Assembly: GCA_030670545.1 (NCBI GenBank)
Contig: DAOVBM010000003.1
Span: 1,765 to 65,764, forward strand
Source of the DNA: Candidatus Woesearchaeota archaeon
GTDB lineage: Archaea; Nanobdellota; Nanobdellia; Woesearchaeales; JAGLGH01
Reading direction: 5' to 3'
Length of the DNA stretch: 64,000 nucleotides
The translations under genes and the position numbers were made by a program. Positions 1 to 9,648 of this stretch are shown piece after piece. A model generated the notes under the pieces. The model made no database searches. It worked only from the letters and a program-made list of their open reading frames with translations, and was not told where the DNA came from. How positions within the stretch are numbered: the stretch's first letter is position 1; each line of letters opens with the position of its first letter.

Positions 1-3
1 CAT

Positions 4-411
4 CTACAATTCACCAGCGAACTTTTCCAGATCTTCTTCAAATTCAACATCTTCTTTTGAGATTTCTTTTATGTCTTTAGAGCCAATAACTGCAAAATAT
101 CTTATTGGTTTTCCCATCTGCTTCCCAAGCTTTATCTCTGCAAGCACTCCGTCAGCTATTGGGCCGAATACCCACAGCTCATCAGATATCCTGATTAGAT
201 TATTATTAGCTTTTCTGACCATACCCCTCTTGACTGTATCTGTTACAAAATAATCAAATATGCCGAACTGTGAGATAGGAGTATATCCTTGTTCAAGAAC
301 AAATTTTACACAATGCCGCCTGAAATAGAAAATATGCTTTGACATGGCTATGAATATTGTCTTTGTTTTTTCATCCAGCTGTAATGCCTTGTGTTCAAAT
401 TCATCTGTCAT
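4..411 (-). CDS. hypothetical protein, nucleoside deoxyribosyltransferase-like/DUF4406-like fold
   Basis: 135-aa ORF; SDELWVFG...GVLAEIKLG...KPIRYF resembles this Rossmann-like family. Confidence 0.55.
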   Translation of the reverse strand: MTDEFEHKALQLDEKTKTIFIAMSKHIFYFRRHCVKFVLEQGYTPISQFGIFDYFVTDTVKRGMVRKANNNLIRISDELWVFGPIADGVLAEIKLGKQMGKPIRYFAVIGSKDIKEISKEDVEFEEDLEKFAGEL

Positions 412-474
412 TTTCTTAATGGAATCGCCTTATGTTTAAATACTTTATCAAGATATATTTTATCAAGATTTAAC

Positions 475-1107
475 TCATATTTCAATCTCTTCTCCTTCTT
501 CCAATATTCTTACTTTAATATCTGGATGGACCTCAATAAGCTCCTTGAACAGCTCAGCATCATCAATTTTTCCAACAATCCCGCTTCCGTAATGCATGGG
601 TATAACAAGCTTTGGCTTTATCTTTTCTGCAGCGATTGCAGCTTCTTTTGCATTCATCGTGTAAGTGCCGCCGACAGGAAGCAGTGCGACAGTAGGCTTA
701 AGTCCTTCCATTTCTGGAATAATATCTGTGTCAGCAGCATGATATATTGACTTGCTGTCAAATCTGATTATAAAACCCAGACCTGGATTTTCTTTTTCAT
801 GAAATGGTTTTCTTAGGTTGTATGCAGGGATTGCTGTTATTGTTATGTCTCCGACTTTCTTGCTATCTCCTGGAGAAAAAGACTCCCCACCTATTGCAGC
901 AACATTATCTTTTGTTGTCAGTATGATAGTGTCATCAACCCGCGCCTGCGAAATCTTTTCCATGCTGCTGTGGTCATAATGCCCATGGGAAACAAGAATA
1001 ATCTCTGCTTTGTCAGAATAATCATCTCCTGCATAAGGATCAATGTATATGACTTTGTGACCCAATGTTATCTTGAAGCTTGCATGCCCGAGCCACTTGA
1101 GTTTCAT
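475..1107 (-). CDS. MBL-fold metallo-hydrolase (UlaG/UPF0173-like)
   Basis: WLGHASF, IDPY, SHGHYDH, YHAADT and IPMHY motifs. Confidence 0.9.
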   Translation of the reverse strand: MKLKWLGHASFKITLGHKVIYIDPYAGDDYSDKAEIILVSHGHYDHSSMEKISQARVDDTIILTTKDNVAAIGGESFSPGDSKKVGDITITAIPAYNLRKPFHEKENPGLGFIIRFDSKSIYHAADTDIIPEMEGLKPTVALLPVGGTYTMNAKEAAIAAEKIKPKLVIPMHYGSGIVGKIDDAELFKELIEVHPDIKVRILEEGEEIEI

Positions 1108-1152
1108 TTTTAGATAAAGAATATAAGAAATATAAAAAAGAAAAAATTTAGT

Positions 1153-1359
1153 TTATCTTCTTTTCTTTTTCGCAGCTTTTTTCTTAACTGGCTTTCTTTT
1201 TGCAGCTTTCTTTTTCACAGCTTTTTTCTTAGCTGGCTTTCTTTTTGCTGTTTTCTTTTTCACTGCCTTTTTCTTAACCGGCTTCTTTTTTGCTACTTTC
1301 TTTTTCGCAACTTTTTTCTTAGCTGGTTTTCTTTTTGCTGCTTTTTTCTTAGCTGCCAT
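1153..1359 (-). CDS. small Lys/Ala-rich histone H1-like basic protein
   Basis: 68 aa of AKRKPAKKKAVKKK-type repeats; GAGGTGA Shine-Dalgarno directly upstream on the minus strand. Confidence 0.75.
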   Translation of the reverse strand: MAAKKKAAKRKPAKKKVAKKKVAKKKPVKKKAVKKKTAKRKPAKKKAVKKKAAKRKPVKKKAAKKKRR

Positions 1360-1543
1360 AATATCACCTCAACCAAATTTCTAAAAAAATTTGATTATAT
1401 ATTGACTCTAGGTTCATTAGTATTTAAACTTTTTGTTTTTTGTAAATATTTTTTTTGATAAAAAATATTTCATGTAATGACATTTACTCTTTTTATCTGA
1501 AGTTCAATCAGCATAAGGGAGGAAAATAAACGCAGCAAATTTG

Positions 1544-1719
1544 GTAAGTAAAAAGTCAGACGTCATGGAACACAAGCATCTTCAAATCTCTTTATGTATC
1601 TATAGAAGGCTCTGCGTCCCCGAAGGGGGGCCTCCCCCGCGACGAGCAGGAAGTCTGAATAAGAAAGAGTTTTGACCTGATGATGCTGGTGCTCCTTGAA
1701 TAGCAGACTTTTTACTCCC
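1544..1719 (+). mobile_element. MITE-like element family A, copy 1 (176 bp)
   Basis: ends GTAAGTAAAAAGTC / GACTTTTTACTCCC; flanking 8-mers CAAATTTG / AAAATTTG; shared core AGCATCTTCAAA...GGCTCTGCGTCCC...CGACGAGCAG...GAGTTTTGACCTGATGATGCT. Confidence 0.8.
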
Positions 1720-1764
1720 AAAATTTGCATAATTATTTAAACATAAGGATAAAGTTTATTTGAT

Positions 1765-2523
1765 ATGGCACAATTAAAACAGATTGCGGATTTTCTTAAT
1801 AAGGAATTAAGAGTTGCAGAGGTAGAGGATAGCTCAAACAACGGTATTCAGGTTGAGGGGAAACAGCAGATCCATAAGATAGCATTTGCTGTCGATGCAT
1901 GCCTGGAAGTTTTTGAAAAAGCAATAGAACAAGGAGCAAACATGATAATAGTCCATCATGGAATCAGCTGGGGCGATTCTCTGAAATTCATCACTGATCT
2001 TAATTACAACAGGATAAAACCATTGATAAAGAATGATGTATCACTTTATGCATGCCATCTTCCGCTTGACAAGCATGATAAATATGGAAACAATATCCAG
2101 CTTGCAAAGATGCTTGATCTGGAAGAGATAGAGGATTTTGCAGAGTATCATGAAGTGACAATAGGAAAGATGGGGAAGTTTAAGCAGGAGATTGAAATTG
2201 AAGAACTTAAGAAGATTGTTGAGGAAAAGTTGAACACAAAATGCACAGTTCTTAAGTTTGGTAAAGACAAGATCAAGACAATTGGAATTGTAAGCGGCGG
2301 TGGAAGCGATGCATTAAGCGAAGCTATGCAAAAGCGAATTGACTGTCTTTTAGTTGGCGAAGCTCCTCATTCAAAGTATCACGAGACAAAAGAAGGAAAC
2401 ATCAATCTTATCCTTGCAGGCCATTATGAGACTGAAACAGTTGGTGTTAAAGCTCTGATGCCTGTGCTTGAGAAGAAGTTTGGTGTTAAGACTGTGTTTA
2501 TTGATGCGCCTACAACCATATAA
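1765..2523 (+). CDS. Nif3-like dinuclear metal centre protein (YbgI family)
   Basis: NGIQVEG, IIVHHG, HLPLD and AGHYETE motifs. Confidence 0.92.
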   Translation: MAQLKQIADFLNKELRVAEVEDSSNNGIQVEGKQQIHKIAFAVDACLEVFEKAIEQGANMIIVHHGISWGDSLKFITDLNYNRIKPLIKNDVSLYACHLPLDKHDKYGNNIQLAKMLDLEEIEDFAEYHEVTIGKMGKFKQEIEIEELKKIVEEKLNTKCTVLKFGKDKIKTIGIVSGGGSDALSEAMQKRIDCLLVGEAPHSKYHETKEGNINLILAGHYETETVGVKALMPVLEKKFGVKTVFIDAPTTI

Positions 2524-2605
2524 CTTTTTCTATTTTCGTCACCATTCTTAGATAAGATAAATATTTAAATGAGGAAGAAAGCTGATATTTCAAAGGTAGC
2601 AAATA

Positions 2606-5600
2606 ATGAAAAATAATGGATTTTCCCGGCTTGAGATATGTATGGATACAGATAATCCTTTTCTTCTTGATGCCAGAGCTGAAGTATTAAGAAAAAGATC
2701 TGAGAATTATTTTGGTATTGAAATTGATGATGTTAAACATATCCGTGTCCTTACAGTTGACACTAAACTTGATGATATAGTGAAAAAAGAATTCCAGGAT
2801 GCGCTAACAAATCCTGTTACTCAAAAATCTTCTTATTCTCCTCTTATCGGCAAAGACGATATGGACTGGGTCTTGTCTGTAACATTAAGGCCTGGTGTTA
2901 AGGATACTACTAGTGACACTACAAAAGATATGCTTGCGCCATTGATTGGACACTCAGACTTCAATGTTTTTTCATCTTCTTATTTTGCAATAAAAGGCAG
3001 CAATCTTGAAAGAGAGCAGATTGAAAAGATTGGAAAAGAGATGGAAGCAAACCATATTGTCCAAAATTTTAAGGTATATTCAAATGAAGAATGGAATCCT
3101 GATGTAGGTATTGGAAGAAATACTCCTAAAGTAAGATTGAATCATGTACCGACATTTATAAGCATGCCATTATCTGAAATTACTTTTAAAGGAATCAAAA
3201 CATTAAGCGAAGACAGGCAACTTTATTTGAATGAAAAAGATATTCCAACAATAGCCAAGGCTTTCAATGATCAGGAATTCCTGGCAGAAAGGAAAAAATA
3301 TGGGTTAAAAGGCCCAACTGATGTAGAGCTTGAGTATCTTGCGCAGGCGCGGAGTGACCACTGCAATCACAATACATTTAATGCCAGATTTAATTATCTT
3401 GACAGGAAAACCAATGGAATGACTGTTATTGATAATCTCTTTGTTGAATTTATTAAGAATCCTACAGAACAGATATCCGCAGATATAGCTGATGTTGTAT
3501 CTGTATTATGGGATAATTCAGGGGTTAGGCGATTTAATAAGGATTATTATTATGTAATCACTTCTGAGACCCATAACAGCCCGTCGAATATGGAAGCGTA
3601 TGGTGGAGCTATAACAGGGATTGTTGGGGTCTATCGTGATCCACTTGGTACTGGAAAATCATCAAAGCTTATTGCAGGTTCATATGGTTTTTGCGTTGGT
3701 CCAAGAGATTATAAGGGCAATTTACAGCCGTTTCTTCATCCGCAGAGACTGCAGGATGGAGTAATTGAAGGTGTTAAGGATGGGGGCAACAAAAGCGGCA
3801 TACCTACAATATTTGGCTTTTATTATGAAGAGCCTGAGAACATTGCAAAAAGCAATATCTTTGTTACTGCAATCGGGCTTATGCCTGTTGATGTTCTGCA
3901 CAAACCTGCTTATGAGAAAGAGATTTCTTCAGGAGATCTTATTGTAATGTCAGGAGGCAGAGTAGGCAAGGATGGGATACATGGTGTTACAGCTGCATCA
4001 GAAGGGCTTGATGAGAACACGCCTGCAGGACATGTCCAGATTGGAGATCCATATACTCAAAAAAAGATGCATGATTTTATTAATGAAGCAAGAGACATGG
4101 GTTATTTAAAATTCATTACAGATAATGGAGGCGGGGGACTTTCATCCTCAATAGGCGAAGCTTCACGAGAGAAAAATAGCGAAGGAAAGACTGGCGCAGA
4201 AGTCTGGCTTGATAAAGTGCCATTGAAATATGATGGTCTTGACCAGTGGGAGATCTGGGTTTCTGAATCACAGGAAAGAATGACAACTGCTGTCAGGCTG
4301 CCATGTATAGATGACTTCCTAAAACTTTCAGAAAAGCATGGTGTTGAAAGTACAGTTATTGGTAAGTTCAATAATGATGAAGCATTACGCATCAAATATG
4401 GTTCTAAGACCTGCGCATATATCCCTACAAAACTTTTAGAAGAAGAGTTTCCGCAATGGGAATTTGATGCAGAATGGGTTGAACCTGAAGAAAGAGGGTT
4501 GTATGAACCAAAGGGTATATGTGAATTCATAAATAAAATCGCAGATCATGGAAAACTTTTCAAAAATCTTCTTAAAATGCCTAATATCGCTTCTAAAGAA
4601 TGGATAACAAGGCAGTATGACCACGAGGTTCAGGGAACAAGTGTTATCAAGCCTTTGGTTGGAATAGAGAATGATATACCATCTGACGCTGTTGTAATCA
4701 GGCCTGACCTGAATTCTGAAAAAGGATTTGTATTCACGCAGAATGTTAAGCAGAAATACTCAAAGATTGATACTTATCATATGGTTACTGCATCTTTTGA
4801 CGAGGCTGTAAGAAGTATCCTTGCAGTGGGCGCTGATTTAGGACATCTGTCAGGGATGGATAATTTTTGCTGGCCTTCAATTCAGCAAGGTTCTGAAAAC
4901 CCCGACGCAAAACATAAAGCAGCGCAGCTTGTCAGGGCTAACGTGGCATTAAAAGAGTTGTGCCTGTTATACAACAATCCTCTTCTTTCTGGAAAAGACA
5001 GCATGTATATTGACAATACTATGGATGATGTAGAGACTGGAAAGAAAGTCAGGATGTCTGGCCTTGAAACAATGCAATATTCCCTGGTCAGCACTATCGA
5101 TGATGTAAGTGATTGTCTTTCCTGCGATGCAAAAGAAGCAGGGAACCTGATTTATGTAATAGGCGCAACTAAAAATGAATTAGGCGGTTCTGAATATTAT
5201 GCAATGTTTGGAGAGATAGGATTAAATGTCCCAAAAACTGACAGTGAACATAACCTTGAATCATATCATGGATTCGTCGAAGCAAGACAATATGTTGATA
5301 CTGTTAAGGTGGTAAAAGAAGGCGGCCTTGCAGTGCATCTGTTTGAGATGGCTGCTGGAGGAAATCTTGGAGTCAATGTTTCTCTGCAGAATTTATTAAT
5401 AGATGATTCTGTTAATCGTGATGATACAGCTATGTATTCAGAATCAACAGGAAGGCTTATTGTAGAAGTAAGGGAAGAGAATAAGGTGATGTTTGAGTCT
5501 GAGATGGGGGATAGTGCATCCTGCATAGGCAAATTTACAGAAAACAGATTCATAATCAATGGCCTGGAAGGAAATGAGATAATGAACGAAAATATTTATG

Positions 5601-5641
5601 ATCTTAAGAAAGTATGGAAAAGCACGCATGGTGATAGATGA
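2606..5641 (+). CDS. purL: phosphoribosylformylglycinamidine synthase subunit PurL, with N-terminal PurS-like extension
   Basis: SDHCNH, ETHNSPS, GRVGKDGIHG, SESQERM, QYDHEVQG and SGKDSM motifs; adjacent to purQ. Confidence 0.93.
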   Translation: MKNNGFSRLEICMDTDNPFLLDARAEVLRKRSENYFGIEIDDVKHIRVLTVDTKLDDIVKKEFQDALTNPVTQKSSYSPLIGKDDMDWVLSVTLRPGVKDTTSDTTKDMLAPLIGHSDFNVFSSSYFAIKGSNLEREQIEKIGKEMEANHIVQNFKVYSNEEWNPDVGIGRNTPKVRLNHVPTFISMPLSEITFKGIKTLSEDRQLYLNEKDIPTIAKAFNDQEFLAERKKYGLKGPTDVELEYLAQARSDHCNHNTFNARFNYLDRKTNGMTVIDNLFVEFIKNPTEQISADIADVVSVLWDNSGVRRFNKDYYYVITSETHNSPSNMEAYGGAITGIVGVYRDPLGTGKSSKLIAGSYGFCVGPRDYKGNLQPFLHPQRLQDGVIEGVKDGGNKSGIPTIFGFYYEEPENIAKSNIFVTAIGLMPVDVLHKPAYEKEISSGDLIVMSGGRVGKDGIHGVTAASEGLDENTPAGHVQIGDPYTQKKMHDFINEARDMGYLKFITDNGGGGLSSSIGEASREKNSEGKTGAEVWLDKVPLKYDGLDQWEIWVSESQERMTTAVRLPCIDDFLKLSEKHGVESTVIGKFNNDEALRIKYGSKTCAYIPTKLLEEEFPQWEFDAEWVEPEERGLYEPKGICEFINKIADHGKLFKNLLKMPNIASKEWITRQYDHEVQGTSVIKPLVGIENDIPSDAVVIRPDLNSEKGFVFTQNVKQKYSKIDTYHMVTASFDEAVRSILAVGADLGHLSGMDNFCWPSIQQGSENPDAKHKAAQLVRANVALKELCLLYNNPLLSGKDSMYIDNTMDDVETGKKVRMSGLETMQYSLVSTIDDVSDCLSCDAKEAGNLIYVIGATKNELGGSEYYAMFGEIGLNVPKTDSEHNLESYHGFVEARQYVDTVKVVKEGGLAVHLFEMAAGGNLGVNVSLQNLLIDDSVNRDDTAMYSESTGRLIVEVREENKVMFESEMGDSASCIGKFTENRFIINGLEGNEIMNENIYDLKKVWKSTHGDR

Positions 5642-6483
5642 TGGGAAAAAAGACAAAGGAAGTCAGAGCGCTTGTACCATACGGTGAAGGCCTGAACTGC
5701 GATCATGAGACAAAATATATATTTGAACTGGCTGGCGCAAGAGCTGACCTGGTGCATGTCAAGGACATAGAGTCAAAGAATGTTAAGATCAATGATTATC
5801 ATATTCTATGTTTCATAGGCGGTTTCCATGCAGGAGATGAGAATGGAGGAGCTGTCAAATGGGCATATGACACAAGAAGATTTATCTATGATGAAATTTT
5901 GGAATTTGTGTATCAGAATAAAAATATGGTGATGGGAATCTGCAATGGTTTTCAAAATTTAGCTAACCTTGGCCTTTTGCCAGGGTTTGATGACCAGGGC
6001 GGCAGGAGAGTTCTTAGTGTATCATATAATGACTGCGGAAACTTCAGGGATCAGTGGGTAAAACTTAAAGTGAATCAGGATTCACCTTGTATTTATACAA
6101 AAGGAATTGATACAATTGAGTTTCCAATAAGGCATGGAGAAGGCAAAGTCATTCCAGGAGAGAATGTTTTAGAAAAACTTGTCGATGGGAACCAGATAGT
6201 GATGCAGTATTGCATAAAACAGACAGGGGAATTAGCAAACAAGTATTTTCCTGACAATCCTAATGGTTCTGTATATGATATTGCAGGGATATGCGATCCA
6301 ACTGGAAGAATATTTGGATTGATGCCTCATCCAGAAGCATTTAATCACTGGACAAATCATGACCAATGGACCAGAAAAAAATATCATCTAAGCAAAAATA
6401 AGGAGATACTAGAATCTAAACTTGGCGATGGAGTTAAGATATTTCAGAATGCAGTGCAATATGCAAAAGAGCATCTGCTTTGA
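5638..6483 (+). CDS. purQ: FGAM synthase glutaminase subunit PurQ
   Basis: GLNCDHE, GICNGFQ, RHGEG, NPNGS and LMPHPE motifs. Confidence 0.93.
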   Translation: MMGKKTKEVRALVPYGEGLNCDHETKYIFELAGARADLVHVKDIESKNVKINDYHILCFIGGFHAGDENGGAVKWAYDTRRFIYDEILEFVYQNKNMVMGICNGFQNLANLGLLPGFDDQGGRRVLSVSYNDCGNFRDQWVKLKVNQDSPCIYTKGIDTIEFPIRHGEGKVIPGENVLEKLVDGNQIVMQYCIKQTGELANKYFPDNPNGSVYDIAGICDPTGRIFGLMPHPEAFNHWTNHDQWTRKKYHLSKNKEILESKLGDGVKIFQNAVQYAKEHLL

Positions 6484-6491
6484 GTTTAAAA

Positions 6492-6560
6492 AAGATTTAT
6501 CGAAAATTTCGCAATAAATTTTATTGGGGTTTAATACCCCTCACTTCAGTGCGAAATTTT
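6492..6560 (+). repeat. 69-bp palindromic intergenic repeat family B, copy 1
   Basis: 67/69 identical to 9442-9510; outer stem AAAATTTCGCA/TGCGAAATTTT with inner GGGGT-TTAAT-ACCCC hairpin; just after the purQ stop. Confidence 0.8.
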
Positions 6561-6589
6561 TGTTATAATAAATAATTCATATTACTAAA

Positions 6590-8074
6590 ATGCAAAAAAT
6601 AGATTATATCAAAGATGTCATTAAAAGAGGAGATAAAGGGTCAACCAGACTGAATTCTATCTGCGCTCAAACACTTAACAACAGAAACGAGATTGAGATA
6701 ATATCACAAGGTATAGGAGGACTGGCTGTTCTTAGGATTCCTGAGGATTATGTTGTAGCAGTTCATTCTGCAGGAGGAGACCCCAAAGAGATGGACTTAA
6801 GGAGACATACTTTATCACTTATTGACAAGCTTGCTTATGATTCTGAAAATATAGGCGCAGAGCCTGTAGCTTTTGCAGATGTTGTAGACTCAAATACTGG
6901 ACACTCTGATATGATTGATACAGTAGGTTATGCATTAAAAGAAGGCGCAGATAAGCATAAGGTTGGCATCCCAACAGGGGAGAATGCAATCCTTGGAAAC
7001 CGTGTCAATTGCGAAGCAAATGTAATCGGAACAATGATAGCTCTTCTTCCCAGGTCTAAAGCAGAGGAATTATCTTCAGATGGATCATTATTCTTTAGCT
7101 TTAAAAAAAATGGTGTCAGCTATGCAGTTTTTGATCCTGAAGGAAAACCGGTTATGATTAATTCAGACGGTGTCGGGACAAAAACAGAATTTTATGAAAG
7201 GTCAATGAATTATAAGCTCGCTGTTGATGACGAAGCAGCTATGAAATTTGATGATGCAGTAAAGCTGGGAGCCAGAGTAAGAGTAAGTTCAACTATTGTT
7301 GAAACAAAAGGAAATATTCCTATTGATGAAATAATTGCGCATGCTGAATCTCTTGGGAGAAAGAATAATCTGATAGCAATAATTGATGAGGATAAAGTAG
7401 GCAACAGGATAATGGGTTATAATCCTTGCGCAGATTCTTATAATCTGGGCGGTTCTGTTGTAAGCACAATTGATGAAAGGAGATTGCAGAATCCATTAAA
7501 GCCAACTGCACTGGATTATCTTGTTGCTATAACAGCACCAATACCTAATCCAAGGTCAAATGGGATAACAGATAAGAGAAAAGTAATGGTTGACATTTTT
7601 GGTAAAAACTGGCATCAGACAGAGATTGGAAAGATATTTCTGCAATATCTGGCTCAACCATCAACAATTCTTTATCCTGTTTTTAATGATTTGATAGACA
7701 AAGGCCTAGCAACAAGCGTATACCACATGAGTGGAGGAGCATTCAAAGGAAAACTTGCAAAACCTCTTTCCAAGCATAACTTCTTTGTTAATATCAATGA
7801 CCTTTTCAGGCCTGACTGGAGAGAATCAGCACTTATAGGACACTCTTTAATGCCTGCTGAAGTTGCGTATGCATCATTTCCAATGGGCAATGATGGATTT
7901 ATAACAACATCTGAGCCAAAACAAGCAACTGAGCTTATAAAACAGAAATATGGTCTGCTGGCAAGAGTTGTCGGTCCGTTGGAGCATAGTCATAGGGGCT
8001 GGTCAGGTGTAAGGCTGATTGGAATCCAGGGTTCTAATGGCGAAGATGTGTATTTCTCTGGAAAAGATAAATAA
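6590..8074 (+). CDS. purM: AIR synthase (PurM)-like protein with duplicated N-terminal domain
   Basis: SDGVGTK, RSNG, HMSGG and FPMGN PurM motifs; extra N-terminal copy with GAEPVAFAD and TGENA; follows purLQ. Confidence 0.72.
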   Translation: MQKIDYIKDVIKRGDKGSTRLNSICAQTLNNRNEIEIISQGIGGLAVLRIPEDYVVAVHSAGGDPKEMDLRRHTLSLIDKLAYDSENIGAEPVAFADVVDSNTGHSDMIDTVGYALKEGADKHKVGIPTGENAILGNRVNCEANVIGTMIALLPRSKAEELSSDGSLFFSFKKNGVSYAVFDPEGKPVMINSDGVGTKTEFYERSMNYKLAVDDEAAMKFDDAVKLGARVRVSSTIVETKGNIPIDEIIAHAESLGRKNNLIAIIDEDKVGNRIMGYNPCADSYNLGGSVVSTIDERRLQNPLKPTALDYLVAITAPIPNPRSNGITDKRKVMVDIFGKNWHQTEIGKIFLQYLAQPSTILYPVFNDLIDKGLATSVYHMSGGAFKGKLAKPLSKHNFFVNINDLFRPDWRESALIGHSLMPAEVAYASFPMGNDGFITTSEPKQATELIKQKYGLLARVVGPLEHSHRGWSGVRLIGIQGSNGEDVYFSGKDK

Positions 8075-8130
8075 TTCTTTTGTTAAAATCCAAAATCTTT
8101 ATATAAACAAGACTTTTTTATCTGTATACA

Positions 8131-9432
8131 ATGGCAAAACCTGAGAAAGGAGATTATATTAAGATAATAACAAAAGATGAGGAATTTCAGGGCATACTTA
8201 TGCCTAGGCCTGACATTCTGGAAAAAGGCATTACAGTTCTCAAGCTGGATAATGGCTATAATCTAGGAATTAATAATACTAAGATTAAAAAAGTGGAGCC
8301 TATTGAAAAATATAAGCAAAAAAATATAAAGAAGCGTGAGATGAAGTTTAATAAGAATTTACCAACTGTTTCTATTATTTCATGCGGCGGAACAATCTCT
8401 TCAAAAATTGATTACAGGACAGGCGGGGTATATGCTGATTATACTGCTGAGGATTTTGTTGAGATGTGCCCAGAACTTGAAAAAATCGCAAATATAAAAG
8501 CAAAGAAAGTAATGAGCTTGATGAGTGAGGATATGAATCCTAAAGACTGGCAGAAAATTGCAGAAGCAATATATAAGGAGATTAAAGACTGCGACGGAGT
8601 TGTTATAACACAAGGAACTGATACACTCCATTTTACAACAGCAGCAATATCATTTTTCTTAAAAGACTTAAACAAGCCTATTATATTTACAGCATCGCAG
8701 AGGTCTATTGACAGAGGAAGCTCTGATGCATTTATGAACTTAATATGCTCAGTTACAGCAGCTGCAAAACTAGATTTTGCAGGAGTTGCAACATGCCTTC
8801 ATGGAACAATAAATGATGATTACTGTATCTTGAACAGGGGAACAAAAATAAGGAAGATGCATACTTCGAGGAGAGATGCATTCAGGCCTGTAAATGAACT
8901 GCCTCTTGCTAAAGTTTATCTAGATGGAAAAATAGAAGTCATAAATGACAAATTCATAAAAAAATCAAAATCAAAAGAGCTTAAGCCTAAACTTGACAAC
9001 AAATTTGAGCATAAGATTGCTATGATTACGATATATCCAGGTATGGACCCCCGGATAATTGATTTTTATTTGGAGAAAGGATATAAAGGGTTAGTGCTGA
9101 GCGCTACTGCTCTTGGTCATGTTCCTACATTAGTTAAGGGATATTCTCTTGAGCCTTACCTGAAAAAAGCAAAAGACCAGGGGACAGCTGTGGTCATTGC
9201 ATCCCAGACATTATACGGAAGGACACATCCATATGTATATTCTAATCTCAGAAACCTTTCTATAAAACTAAATTGTATATATTTACAAGACATGCTGCCT
9301 GAGACAGCTTATGCAAAGCTTGGCTGGGTACTTGGGCATACTTCTGATATAGAAGAAGTTAGGAAGATTATGCTTGAGAATGTTGCTGGCGAGATCAATG
9401 ACAGGCATAAGCCTGAAAGCTTCTTGTATTGA
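8131..9432 (+). CDS. gatD: glutamyl-tRNA(Gln) amidotransferase subunit D
   Basis: KLDNGYNLG, GGTISSKIDYRTG, QGTDT, SQRSIDRGSSD and KMHTSRRDAF motifs. Confidence 0.95.
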   Translation: MAKPEKGDYIKIITKDEEFQGILMPRPDILEKGITVLKLDNGYNLGINNTKIKKVEPIEKYKQKNIKKREMKFNKNLPTVSIISCGGTISSKIDYRTGGVYADYTAEDFVEMCPELEKIANIKAKKVMSLMSEDMNPKDWQKIAEAIYKEIKDCDGVVITQGTDTLHFTTAAISFFLKDLNKPIIFTASQRSIDRGSSDAFMNLICSVTAAAKLDFAGVATCLHGTINDDYCILNRGTKIRKMHTSRRDAFRPVNELPLAKVYLDGKIEVINDKFIKKSKSKELKPKLDNKFEHKIAMITIYPGMDPRIIDFYLEKGYKGLVLSATALGHVPTLVKGYSLEPYLKKAKDQGTAVVIASQTLYGRTHPYVYSNLRNLSIKLNCIYLQDMLPETAYAKLGWVLGHTSDIEEVRKIMLENVAGEINDRHKPESFLY

Positions 9433-9441
9433 TTTTGATGC

Positions 9442-9510
9442 AAGATTTATCGAAAATTTCGCACGAAATTTTATTGGGGTTTAATACCCCTCACTTCAGT
9501 GCGAAATTTT
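9442..9510 (+). repeat. 69-bp palindromic intergenic repeat family B, copy 2
   Basis: near-identical to 6492-6560; just after the gatD stop; followed by a further hairpin CTCCACCA-TTTA-TGGTGGAG at ~9553-9572. Confidence 0.8.
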
Positions 9511-9648
9511 GGATTCCAAAAATTTGATAATCTATAATGTAAATCCGTAATACTCCACCATTTATGGTGGAGATAGGATTTGCTATCAATAAATTGTCAA
9601 ATTTTTGTTATTTAAAACATATCAATCATATCATACAGAGATCTTACT

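Noticed and set aside
1544-1719. Family A read as a type III hammerhead ribozyme (GTC near the 5' end, CTGATGA followed by a TGCT..AGCA stem)
   Set aside because: The required GAAA after stem II is absent (GAC instead), stem I is not conserved across copies, and the covarying P2 stem uses the same bases. Only a cleavage assay could revive this.
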